From the IMG/VR virus record IMGVR_UViG_3300005289_000052, positions 124,001 to 188,000 of that record: a stretch of 64,000 bases of DNA; one strand, given 5' to 3'. Of the stretch, positions 49,106-57,985 are shown piece after piece. The position numbers were made by a program, and so were the translations under genes. The number at the start of each line of letters is the position of its first letter. The stretch's first letter is position 1. The notes under the pieces were generated by a model. It was given only the letters and a program-made list of their open reading frames with translations. It was not told the origin of the DNA and made no database searches.

Positions 49106-50635
49106 TTAGGCCGGGACGCGCTCAAGAATCAAGCGGGCCAACTGATTTTTGATTTCAGCAGGCAAGACCATATCGCCGTTGACAATGTAGCGGGAGAGTT
49201 CCGGGAGCAGTTCCTGAGGCAGGTTCAAACTCCAGTAGTTCTTGGACATCTCGCTGACCAGGATATTGATCGCTTTGATGGCCACATTGTTTTGCCGGTC
49301 GTTCTGACCAGCATTCGCTTTACCGCCTTGACGCTGTGCGTATGGATAACGCTCCAGCAACGCAGCGACGTATTCGCGAGACACACGTGCACGGTAATCG
49401 TTGTTACCCAACGAATACTCATCAGCCAGCACGACAGGCTGTGCACTCATCAAGGCTGCGAGTTCCTTGAAGTCCCAATGCCACAACAGCGCCTGGGTTA
49501 CACCCATGGTGCGCAACAGGGCAGGTTTGCTCAAGCTTGGGATAGCTCGGGCTGACAGCGACTTGGACATTACCCACTGACACATGGTCATGTGGTGTTG
49601 CTCAATCCGCATCGTTGACATCCTCGTGAGAATTCCCACGAAGCCTTCTACCAGTTCTGGCGGGATTGTCGGATCGACTTTCCTTGCCATACCAAGGTAG
49701 TTCTCCGTATAAACAGACAACATTACAATGTCGCCGTTGGAGACTTCTTGCTTGATCTTGTAGTTCTCTGCCGAGGAAATGTTATCTTCCTCAGTTTCCC
49801 GCGACTTGTTAGTCTTAGGAATGATCGCGCCGTCTTTCCAGAAGTTACGATCCAGCGAACGCAGGCTGGTGTCGATGGTGTGGTATACGTTGGAGATCAC
49901 ACTGCAATTGTTATCTTCAACGGTCACTTCACCGATACAGACTTTACGCACGATGACTTTCGCCAGCAGCCACGTCGGCAAGGTTTCCGAGCCCAATGCC
50001 TTGAAGACTGCGCCGTTCGAAACTTTCTCTGCCTGAGCGTACGGTTCAATGTACACCCGAAGCCGTTCCATCGCTGGAGTTTCGTACAGCCACGATTTAC
50101 CGATCAAGCCCAGAGTGTGGAACTCTTTCAAGTTGTTACCAACCTGAGGCAAGATCACTTCGGCGTATTCACCGAAGATTGGCACCATGCCACCCAGCGC
50201 TACAGTCATGTAGGCCAGCACATAGTAGTCATCCCGCAGATAGGTCTTCTGCCAGGGTTTATCGTCCAGCTCCGTTTTGGTTGTGGTGGGCATGTAGATC
50301 TTGCCGTACATGCGGATGAAGTTCGTGAGTTCGTCCAGCGTAATCAGCCTGTACAAGTCACGGACCAGCAATTGCACACGGGACTTCATACGACCCATGT
50401 CTGCTACAGTTTTGATCACCTCGTGGATTGAGCAATAGGTTTGCCAGATGGCGTCCTGTTTTTCAACCGGCAAAGATGCAAAGAATGCGTTTATCTGTAG
50501 GAACAGACTTGGCAGATCTTTGAAATTGTTCCGACGATACAGAATCGAAACACTCCAGTCCAACGACTCTTCTCCGTGCACGATACGGATTGTAGTGAGT
50601 TCATTGGGCTTCTCACTAGCATTTAGAATTTGCAT
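49106..50635 (-). CDS. Non-virion RNAP promoter-specificity subunit (phiKZ gp68-like)
   Basis: 509 aa, largely helical; position between ChmC-like and PicA-like genes. Confidence 0.72.
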   Translation of the reverse strand: MQILNASEKPNELTTIRIVHGEESLDWSVSILYRRNNFKDLPSLFLQINAFFASLPVEKQDAIWQTYCSIHEVIKTVADMGRMKSRVQLLVRDLYRLITLDELTNFIRMYGKIYMPTTTKTELDDKPWQKTYLRDDYYVLAYMTVALGGMVPIFGEYAEVILPQVGNNLKEFHTLGLIGKSWLYETPAMERLRVYIEPYAQAEKVSNGAVFKALGSETLPTWLLAKVIVRKVCIGEVTVEDNNCSVISNVYHTIDTSLRSLDRNFWKDGAIIPKTNKSRETEEDNISSAENYKIKQEVSNGDIVMLSVYTENYLGMARKVDPTIPPELVEGFVGILTRMSTMRIEQHHMTMCQWVMSKSLSARAIPSLSKPALLRTMGVTQALLWHWDFKELAALMSAQPVVLADEYSLGNNDYRARVSREYVAALLERYPYAQRQGGKANAGQNDRQNNVAIKAINILVSEMSKNYWSLNLPQELLPELSRYIVNGDMVLPAEIKNQLARLILERVPA

Positions 50636-50666
50636 ACAAGCTTCCTAGTCGAAGTACTGCACTTGG

Positions 50667-50686
50667 ATGATATATACTTCAAAAAT
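50667..50686 (-). promoter_or_regulatory. Early promoter variant
   Basis: Minus strand ATTTTTGAAGTATATATCAT followed by CCAAGTG, like the other copies. Confidence 0.55.
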
Positions 50687-50744
50687 CTTCGTGTCAACTT
50701 TTTAGAAAGCGACCACATAGTCCTTTGTTAGGGACATTTACCTA

Positions 50745-50783
50745 AGAGAAAGGAGTGGATCGTATTGATCCACTCCTTTCTCT
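50745..50783 (-). terminator. Long hairpin after the ChmC-like gene
   Basis: AGAGAAAGGAGTGGATC-GTATT-GATCCACTCCTTTCTCT, 17-bp perfect stem. Confidence 0.7.
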
Positions 50784-50792
50784 ATTGAGGGT

Positions 50793-51554
50793 TTACATCG
50801 GGAAATCGTCGTCGCCGAACGAGTCCGAACCGCCACCAGTGCCTGGGGCGTCGTTACCACCGCCACCCCAATCGTTGCGCTGGCCACCGCCACCGCCGCC
50901 GTTGTTGTTACGGTTGTTGTTGTAGTTGTTGCTACCACCACCGCCTTGACGCTGACCGCCATTCTGACCGTCTTTCGGTTTCGGTTCGGTGTAGTTGGCA
51001 ACAGCAGTCGCAGCCATCATGTTTTCCAGCATGGTTGCGTAACCGGCCAGGTAGTAGTCGGACGCTTCACGCTTGGTCACCGGCTCGCCATTCACGCCGA
51101 TCATGACGTGGTAGTTCGACGGCAGCATGTTGAACTTGAGGTACGGACGATCCTTGGCCACACAGGCCAGGAACAGAACGCCGTCTTTGTCACGACCAAC
51201 CAGAGTGGTCGAAACCAGTTTCGGTTCAGCCGAACGCTCACCACCGAAGAACACGTGGTTGAGGTTTTGCAGCTTGAGGACCTGGTTGTCTTCCAGACTG
51301 ATGGCTTTGCGCATCATCTGGAGCAGCAGGTAGAACGAAGGCATGTCCATGGCGCCACGGATGTTGCCGTTGTTCTTGTCGTTTGGAACGTTGGTGTAAA
51401 CGTCGATCCGTGGGTTGTTCGCTACCAGCGAGATTGCCCAGGAACCAGGCTTGTTCGCACCTTGCACCGGAGGGCAAGACAAGCGCAGTTTGTATTCATC
51501 CAGAGCGTTCTTCGGACGGGGTGGTGCTTGGAAACGACCTTGTTGACCAGCCAT
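50793..51554 (-). CDS. chmC: ChmC-like nucleic-acid-binding protein (phiKZ gp67 position)
   Basis: ATG 51554 with GGAG SD; globular domain plus G/N-rich disordered tail ending DSFGDDDFPM; directly upstream of the gp68-like gene. Confidence 0.68.
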   Translation of the reverse strand: MAGQQGRFQAPPRPKNALDEYKLRLSCPPVQGANKPGSWAISLVANNPRIDVYTNVPNDKNNGNIRGAMDMPSFYLLLQMMRKAISLEDNQVLKLQNLNHVFFGGERSAEPKLVSTTLVGRDKDGVLFLACVAKDRPYLKFNMLPSNYHVMIGVNGEPVTKREASDYYLAGYATMLENMMAATAVANYTEPKPKDGQNGGQRQGGGGSNNYNNNRNNNGGGGGGQRNDWGGGGNDAPGTGGGSDSFGDDDFPM

Positions 51555-51615
51555 GTGAATCTCCAACTTGCGTACAAATGATGAGTGGTTCCTGTAAACC
51601 GTTACAGTTACCTAT

Positions 51616-52467
51616 TTAAAACATCGACAACAGGATGCTTTTGAAGGTCGGATGCAATGGTTCAGAGTTGATATCCATACGCATCTTGTCCAACGTGGTG
51701 GTAGGGTTCCACCGTCTGCGGTCCGCTAACTCGATGATCTGTTTCTTTTCCTTCATCGGGAAGGTGTTGAAGTGAACGCCGTCACCAAAGAACTGGAGGG
51801 TTACATGGTTAAACGGCATCCTCGACAATTCTTTACCACCTGTGAGCTTTGAGTTCCAGGAGGTGTATGCCTTGATCTTCCCTGTGTGGGACTCCAGCAA
51901 ACGTAAGCGGGAGAACTCGTACCGAGACAACAAGTCAATCGGCATGTGAGTAATGATCAAGGCGTCATCAGGATTCTGCGGCAACTTGAGATCACTCTCA
52001 ATCACCGTCATGTCCAAGTGCATCTCGTGCAGACGATCCAGAACACTCTTCTCCAAAGCTGCCCCGAACTTCTGCTTCTCGGTTTTGAGTTCCCGAAGGA
52101 AGCAGTTACGGTATTTGGATGGAATGCTCTTGTACGACTGGACGTAAGGCACCAGTTTACAACGACGCTGCGTGTTCAACTGAACAGCCGAGGCGATGAT
52201 TCGCAACTCGGCAGTCAGAGCGTCTAACAGCGGATCAGGGAAAACTTTATCCTGATCTTGGGTTGGGATTGCTCCCATGATGTTACGGATCAGAGTGCGC
52301 AGGTTAACCCAAAGCGCATCTACCGATTGCAGCGGCGGCTTCTGCTTGTGCTCTGGGTGATCTTCGGAGAGCCCCATCGCACTTTCTAAAGCCAAGGCTG
52401 TCGCAATGGAAACGGGCACTTGCGTACCCATCTCACGATTACCCAGTACTTGGTAGTAGCGATCCAT
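51616..52467 (-). CDS. Conserved protein (phiKZ gp66 position), possible degenerate FEN/PIN-like fold
   Basis: 283 aa; LWVNLRTL, LIITHMPIDLL, FFGDG. Confidence 0.55.
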   Translation of the reverse strand: MDRYYQVLGNREMGTQVPVSIATALALESAMGLSEDHPEHKQKPPLQSVDALWVNLRTLIRNIMGAIPTQDQDKVFPDPLLDALTAELRIIASAVQLNTQRRCKLVPYVQSYKSIPSKYRNCFLRELKTEKQKFGAALEKSVLDRLHEMHLDMTVIESDLKLPQNPDDALIITHMPIDLLSRYEFSRLRLLESHTGKIKAYTSWNSKLTGGKELSRMPFNHVTLQFFGDGVHFNTFPMKEKKQIIELADRRRWNPTTTLDKMRMDINSEPLHPTFKSILLSMF

Positions 52468-53584
52468 TCATGTATTCCTCAGCCAGCGCAAGTTGCTCTG
52501 GTGAAAAGCCTCTTCGCTTAAGTCTTTCCAGAACCATTGGTACGACCGACGTCGGTGTGATAGCCACTGGCGTAAACGGTGTAACGATCCGGTTGACTGC
52601 TTCGCGGGTAATCTTCTCGCCATCTGTCCACTTGCCGCTTAACGAGTGTAGGTTGAAGTGCTTCTCGACCTCTTTAAAGCCGAGTTGAATTGGGTCACCC
52701 TTGTTACCAAGGACCCGAATGAATGTACCGACCGGCATGGTATCCGCCAAAGCTTGGATGCGGTTCATGCAGTCTTCCAGCTCACAACCTTTAAGATCAA
52801 TGGTCTTGTACAACATCGCGTCTTCGTTTACCACGAACTTGATCTCGTGGTTCCCGTGTTCGCGATCAACTACCACCCGGTAGTGACCCTTGTCTTCTTC
52901 TTCCCCGTGACTCAGGCGTTCCAAAGAACCAGCAGCCAGGATGTTCCCGTACTGTGAGCGCTTGTGGATGTGTCCGCCAAAGACGAAGTACCTGGTGATT
53001 CCCATGTACCGCTCAGGGATGTGGGTTGGAACCGGGACGTGACTTGGGAGTTGGTAGTTGAACGCACCGTGCAGAATGGTGAAGTCTACTTTCTCTAAGC
53101 CTTTCTCGGTCAAAGCCTGAACAACGTCTTTCCAAACATCGTCAGTCTCCACACGCCATTCGTCAGGTACGTAAAGAATGTTGATACCGAAGCGATCGAT
53201 GTACTCGATCGACAAGGTGTCTACCCACTTTACGTCTGCACCAATAGCCGCAATCTCATTCTCAGAGATCACGTTGGCACTTTGTTTCCAGTCGTGGCTA
53301 GGTGTTCCTTCCAGAATACGCACCACAATGTCGCGGCGTTTACACATGGAAAGAAACCAGAAGAACCAACGACGGATCTGGTCGATCAGGACAACCTCAG
53401 AGTGCATCACCAGACGGTCGTAGAGATCGCCTGCAATGATGATCATGTCCAAGTCACCAGTCTCAGCATTATCCGGGAAAGCTTTGTACAGCGCTTTCAG
53501 GACGTGTGAGGTGAGGGTATTGTGATGGCCTAGGTGAACATCCCCCGTTTCACCTATTCGCAGCTTACGCGAGATCGTAGTCAT
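52439..53584 (-). CDS. sbcD: SbcD/Mre11-like metallophosphoesterase nuclease
   Basis: GDVHLG, AGDLYD, EGTPSHD, LHG, GHIH, AGS motifs; start ATG 53584. Confidence 0.88.
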   Translation of the reverse strand: MTTISRKLRIGETGDVHLGHHNTLTSHVLKALYKAFPDNAETGDLDMIIIAGDLYDRLVMHSEVVLIDQIRRWFFWFLSMCKRRDIVVRILEGTPSHDWKQSANVISENEIAAIGADVKWVDTLSIEYIDRFGINILYVPDEWRVETDDVWKDVVQALTEKGLEKVDFTILHGAFNYQLPSHVPVPTHIPERYMGITRYFVFGGHIHKRSQYGNILAAGSLERLSHGEEEDKGHYRVVVDREHGNHEIKFVVNEDAMLYKTIDLKGCELEDCMNRIQALADTMPVGTFIRVLGNKGDPIQLGFKEVEKHFNLHSLSGKWTDGEKITREAVNRIVTPFTPVAITPTSVVPMVLERLKRRGFSPEQLALAEEYMNGSLLPSTG

Positions 53585-54128
53585 CGGACAAGAAACCTTC
53601 AGACTGGACGGGGATAGCTTTTGCAGTAGGCATTTTGCCTGGTTCTGCATCAGCAGCGTCAGCGCTGAGGGATGTCAGTCCGTAGAACTTGAACACCTTT
53701 TGCCACTCGAGTACTTCACGATCATAGAGGCGACGACCCTCTACACGCTGCACCAGAGCGTTCTGGATGTAGCGCTGGCCAAGCATCGGGATCATGTCAT
53801 CCTTCTGCATAGCCTTCGAGATGTGCTCGAACATACTGTCACGCGGGTTGCGTGCAATCCCGAAGTTAACGGGACGACCAATGGCTGGACACTTGAACAG
53901 GAAGTTCTGTCCTTGGTATACAGCGATCGGGCGGAGTACAGAATCTGAGACGCGCAGCCAAGCTTCAAAAGATTTCGGCGGCTCTTTACTCAGAATCAAC
54001 GGCAGAATCGTTTCCCGGAATTGGTTTTCCTGGATACGGGGAAGATCTTCTTCGAAGGCTTTTTCTAATACTGCGAAGGCTTCTTTAACTCTGTCGTCGT
54101 TGGGTACCGGTTTGCTAAGTGGGTTCAT
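53565..54128 (-). CDS. Conserved hypothetical protein
   Basis: 187 aa, AGGAGG SD. Confidence 0.7.
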   Translation of the reverse strand: MNPLSKPVPNDDRVKEAFAVLEKAFEEDLPRIQENQFRETILPLILSKEPPKSFEAWLRVSDSVLRPIAVYQGQNFLFKCPAIGRPVNFGIARNPRDSMFEHISKAMQKDDMIPMLGQRYIQNALVQRVEGRRLYDREVLEWQKVFKFYGLTSLSADAADAEPGKMPTAKAIPVQSEGFLSDDYDLA

Positions 54129-54142
54129 GGTTAGTCCTCCTA

Positions 54143-54177
54143 CGAAAGACCCAGGGCTCTATACCCTAGGTCTTTCG
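54143..54177. terminator. Intergenic hairpin
   Basis: CGAAAGACC..GGTCTTTCG with no clear U tract. Confidence 0.45.
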
Positions 54178-54209
54178 CATAAAGAGTTACGTGGTTGGTA
54201 GCGGTACTT

Positions 54210-54965
54210 TTATCGCGACTGACCCGCACCAGGCAAACCTGGGCGCGAGTCTCCGACGGTACGGGCACGGACTTGTTGGGTCAGGCCTTGCACCATCTGT
54301 TGCATCTGCTGGGCTGGGGTCAACTGCGCGTACACGCCTTGTTCTACGGCAGCCAAGTCGGGGGTCGGCTCGAGAGCCGATTGCAGGGACTTTGGCAGCA
54401 CAGAAGCTTTACGATGTACGATGGCCGGGCGTTGCTCGAGGCCTTCGCGGCCAGGCAACGACTCTTGGGTCTCCACTTCCAACACGGGTTGTTGGTCCAT
54501 GATGAAGGAGGTGCCGTCGATCGGTTCATCGGACGAACGATACACTTCGACATAGAATGCGACATTTACGGTGCCGCCAGTTTGTTGCTGGAACTCGTGA
54601 ACCAACAGCGCAGCCAGGTTTTCGTCCACGTCCAGCGCATCGAACTGGTCCAGGCCAACTTCACGGCGGGTGTGGATGTGCACTTTACCGGGATTGATCG
54701 GGTGATCATAAGCATCCTGGTAGATGCGGTACATAGTATTCTCGGTCAGAGCCTCGTAAACCTTGAACACCAGTTGTGGCGCAACCGGGGCGTGATCGTG
54801 ATGATCGACGACGTGCTCATTGCCGCCGAGCTTGCGCAGGGAGATCAACTGGCTCACCACAATACCCAGGTCTTGGATAGCGCTGAGCAGATGATGTTCC
54901 AGACCATCGAGACGTTGCTCGATAGCGATCAGACGTTGTTCATGACTCGGTTGGTTCTTGGACAT
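54210..54965 (-). CDS. Hypothetical protein
   Basis: 251 aa, GAGGA SD, N-terminal coiled coil. Confidence 0.65.
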   Translation of the reverse strand: MSKNQPSHEQRLIAIEQRLDGLEHHLLSAIQDLGIVVSQLISLRKLGGNEHVVDHHDHAPVAPQLVFKVYEALTENTMYRIYQDAYDHPINPGKVHIHTRREVGLDQFDALDVDENLAALLVHEFQQQTGGTVNVAFYVEVYRSSDEPIDGTSFIMDQQPVLEVETQESLPGREGLEQRPAIVHRKASVLPKSLQSALEPTPDLAAVEQGVYAQLTPAQQMQQMVQGLTQQVRARTVGDSRPGLPGAGQSR

Positions 54966-54976
54966 CGGTATTTCCT

Positions 54977-55378
54977 CTAACCATTGTTGGCATCAAAGAT
55001 AGCAACCACTTTCGAGTTGATCACTTGGATTTCCTTACCGACGCTATAAATGACGGCGTCCTGGGTAACCGTTGCGTCCACTCGGAGGTTGATGTTGTCG
55101 GGGTTAGTGTCGTCCACTGCGGTAATCGTCACATCTACTTGGATGGTATCGAAGTAGGGGTTGATGAAGTTAGTCACTACGCGCTTGGTTTCAGTACGTA
55201 GCAAACTGCGGTTGTCCGCACACTCCTTGATCAGATTCGGCAGCGAAGACACTTGCCCTTGATACAGATGACTCTGGGAGAAGTCACTCAAAAAGAAATA
55301 GCTGATTAACTTATCCAGCTTCTCTGCAATGTTCCCAACCCAGCCGGAAGCACTGAGAGACGGCACTTGTACGGCCAT
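54977..55378 (-). CDS. Conserved small protein, possibly T4 gp25-like
   Basis: Start ATG 55378 (GAGGG SD); helix followed by three beta strands. Confidence 0.5.
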   Translation of the reverse strand: MAVQVPSLSASGWVGNIAEKLDKLISYFFLSDFSQSHLYQGQVSSLPNLIKECADNRSLLRTETKRVVTNFINPYFDTIQVDVTITAVDDTNPDNINLRVDATVTQDAVIYSVGKEIQVINSKVVAIFDANNG

Positions 55379-55427
55379 TAGCTCTACCCTCAAAAGACAT
55401 ATAAAGGAAGAAGAGGGTAGAAAAGAC

Positions 55428-55456
55428 AAAAAAAAAGAAAGGGAGCCGAAGCCCCC
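55428..55456 (-). terminator. Hairpin + U9 terminator
   Basis: Minus strand GGGGGC-TTCG-GCTCCC-TTTC-T9. Confidence 0.75.
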
Positions 55457-55477
55457 TAACTTTTCCCAGTCCGAAGA

Positions 55478-56092
55478 CTAAAGCGAGGCGTTGTAACGAC
55501 TGGTTGGGTCGTCACGGCCTTCTTTAATCTTACGGATCAGATTGCCAATCGAGTTTTCCAGAATGACTTGCTCGTCATGCTGCAACTCACGGTCGCCTTC
55601 GTTGAGTTCCTCGAAGAACGTCCATGCTACCCAGTCTTCTTCGGTTTCTTGCACCACACCATTCATGAGGCGGCGGTAGTCATAATGATCATGACCAATC
55701 GCATTGCCTTCGGTGTTCTTGTAGGTGTCAGAATAACCGTCGAGTTTCTGAGCCAGGTAGCGTGCCCGAATGAACGGGTCTGCCATGAGGTAACGCTGCA
55801 TCACCGGTGGAGCATTTTGCATCTGTGCAATCGATGATAACAGCCGGATAGCATCAGTATCCCACATGGTCTGGACACTACGAACAGCAGCACGAGCCGC
55901 CCGCATTGCATCTTGACCGAAATACTGATCCCACTTCTGCGTAGCCATCTGCACGAATGCTCGACCAGAATCCGTAAGGTTCTGAGTAAACATCGCGGCA
56001 GATTCAGCCAGGTACTGCATTGTTGATTCGGCTCTTGGCGCGTACGCCAATTCGTTGAATGCCAACGAGCCGCCTTCGATATAGCCTGCCAT
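55478..56092 (-). CDS. Chimallin-block conserved protein (phiKZ gp59/Imp3 position, tentative)
   Basis: 204 aa, GAGGGAG SD; ends DDPTSRYNASL; synteny only. Confidence 0.55.
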   Translation of the reverse strand: MAGYIEGGSLAFNELAYAPRAESTMQYLAESAAMFTQNLTDSGRAFVQMATQKWDQYFGQDAMRAARAAVRSVQTMWDTDAIRLLSSIAQMQNAPPVMQRYLMADPFIRARYLAQKLDGYSDTYKNTEGNAIGHDHYDYRRLMNGVVQETEEDWVAWTFFEELNEGDRELQHDEQVILENSIGNLIRKIKEGRDDPTSRYNASL

Positions 56093-56133
56093 GGTAGCTC
56101 CCTCGTTACATACTTTATTGGCTACCTGTAAGA

Positions 56134-56415
56134 TTAGACGTGCTCAAACCCTCGGGCAGCCAGCCATTCAGGTTGAGCGTTAGTTGCGACCAGCACCATG
56201 GAGTCGGTTCCTTTGTCCACCAGGTACAGGTCATATTGCTTCTTGTCATCGTGTTGACGACCGCGCAGTTCGAAAACCACGTTGTGTTCCGCGAGTCCTT
56301 GCTTCATCGACACGAAGTCTTCCGCCGGTTGTGGGAACATGGCAAGATAGAGAGCAGGGGTGGAGTGGTGTCCATCCTTGATCATCTGGAGCACTTTCTC
56401 AGCACTGGTGTTCAT
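56134..56415 (-). CDS. Hypothetical protein
   Basis: 93 aa, AAGGA SD. Confidence 0.65.
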   Translation of the reverse strand: MNTSAEKVLQMIKDGHHSTPALYLAMFPQPAEDFVSMKQGLAEHNVVFELRGRQHDDKKQYDLYLVDKGTDSMVLVATNAQPEWLAARGFEHV

Positions 56416-56462
56416 AGTTTCCTTTTCCTTAAAAGGGAAGGGGGACTCAAGTCCCCCAGAGG

Positions 56463-57905
56463 TTAGCGGCCATGGTGAATGAAGTTGGCAAGCGTTGCGA
56501 TGATTGGTGCAGGAAGCGATACGTGTCCAGAGATTGCCCTGGGGTTACGTAGATCCAGTACACCATTATGCGGGGCCAACGGGTCCAACTTGAGAAGCGT
56601 CTTTTCGTCCAGGATCACAATGCCGTTCAAGGCGTCACCGTCAAAGTCGGCGTTCATCCCGGACAGGATGTTCACAGATGGGCTGATGGTGTTGATCTTG
56701 GGGTCTTTCTTGATGCGACGGATGTACAGGCGCTGAGCCGAGAGACGGGTCAACGTCGGGTTACGCTGGAAGATTACCGCAATACCGCCACGGTGTCCTT
56801 CTGCGATCAGTTCCTCAAACAGCTCATCCAGCAGTGGGTGATACCGCAGGGTGTGCTCGTAAAGGAACTTGTTGATTTCGTTCGGGCTAAAGAGTTGGTC
56901 TGTTCCCGGAACGCAACGACGAAGTAGCTTGCTGGTCAGGTGAACCTTCAAGGTCATCACTGCCATCGGCCACGGTAGTTCGAGATCCTCGTAGTGGTGA
57001 GGGTCAGACAGGGACGAAATTACACCACGGAACGAGTAGTTAACTCGAGAGCCGAAGATGTGCTTACGATACCAGCCTGGCTTACCACCCAGTTGCCCTG
57101 CGATGAAAGGCGCATAATAAGCCACCAACATGTTCAGAGCTTTGATCGTCATCACTTCAATCTGCCGAGGTTTCAGCGGAGTGGGTGAGTTTTCGATCGA
57201 ACTGAATGTCCGCATGGCGTTAATCGCCGGAGTCATCCCTGTGTCAGCGTAGGTGCCAGTTGCCGTGTTCTCCGTAATAAAGGAGATCCGACTTGGACAG
57301 GGGATATACTTCGAGAAGATCGCATGACGGTACATCTGGACAAACATCAACGCGTCGTCCATTTGTTGCTGGTTCTTGTTGTTCGGAAGAATCTCCCGCA
57401 AGAACAAGTTCATCAGGTCATCGAAATGCCTGTAGAACGTATTGATACCCCGACCAATGTTCAGCCCTTTCAGGTACTGCAACACGTGTTGGGCATCGTT
57501 GTTGGGGGGAATGTACGATGGATTGGTTACCCAGTCCAGTAGGTTCGTTCCCTTGAAAGCGAAGATCGGCTTAAGCACATGGAGTGCCCAAGGGTTGATC
57601 AGTGCGTCAATGCCTCTTGGCGCAGCAATCCACAACAAGGACTCCAAAGGTCTTTCCGTAACCGACATACAGGGAAACCCGCAGTGGTCACACACAACAC
57701 CAACGTTGTGTTCGTACTTAACCCTCTTACATTCACATGACGGCACGACGTCTAAGGTGTCACCCTCATAACGCGTCATGATCATTTGGTTCAGTCGTTC
57801 CCGATCCAGCTCGGTAGTAACATCGAAGTCGTTGATGATCACGGGAGCTGTTGTCAACTTGTTGAACAACTCATCGTGACTAACGATTTCCGCTTCTACG
57901 CCCAT
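56463..57905 (-). CDS. Non-virion RNAP beta' N-terminal/catalytic subunit (phiKZ gp55-like), intron-free
   Basis: Zn ribbon CEC..CDHC, RGVIS, RNPTL, catalytic NADFDGD. Confidence 0.93.
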   Translation of the reverse strand: MGVEAEIVSHDELFNKLTTAPVIINDFDVTTELDRERLNQMIMTRYEGDTLDVVPSCECKRVKYEHNVGVVCDHCGFPCMSVTERPLESLLWIAAPRGIDALINPWALHVLKPIFAFKGTNLLDWVTNPSYIPPNNDAQHVLQYLKGLNIGRGINTFYRHFDDLMNLFLREILPNNKNQQQMDDALMFVQMYRHAIFSKYIPCPSRISFITENTATGTYADTGMTPAINAMRTFSSIENSPTPLKPRQIEVMTIKALNMLVAYYAPFIAGQLGGKPGWYRKHIFGSRVNYSFRGVISSLSDPHHYEDLELPWPMAVMTLKVHLTSKLLRRCVPGTDQLFSPNEINKFLYEHTLRYHPLLDELFEELIAEGHRGGIAVIFQRNPTLTRLSAQRLYIRRIKKDPKINTISPSVNILSGMNADFDGDALNGIVILDEKTLLKLDPLAPHNGVLDLRNPRAISGHVSLPAPIIATLANFIHHGR

Positions 57906-57923
57906 GGGCTACTCCTGAAGTGA

Positions 57924-57960
57924 CGGACATAAAAAGAAAAGGGGACCGAAGTCCCCTTTT
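57924..57960 (-). terminator. chmA terminator
   Basis: Minus strand AAAAGGGGAC-TTCG-GTCCCCTTTTCTTTTTATGTCCG. Confidence 0.8.
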
Positions 57961-57985
57961 GCTCAGTGCAACACGCTACCGCTTA

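Noticed and set aside
50793-51554. Classical OB-fold SSB call based on the acidic tail
   Set aside because: No SSB OB-fold motifs are visible, and position and architecture fit ChmC better.
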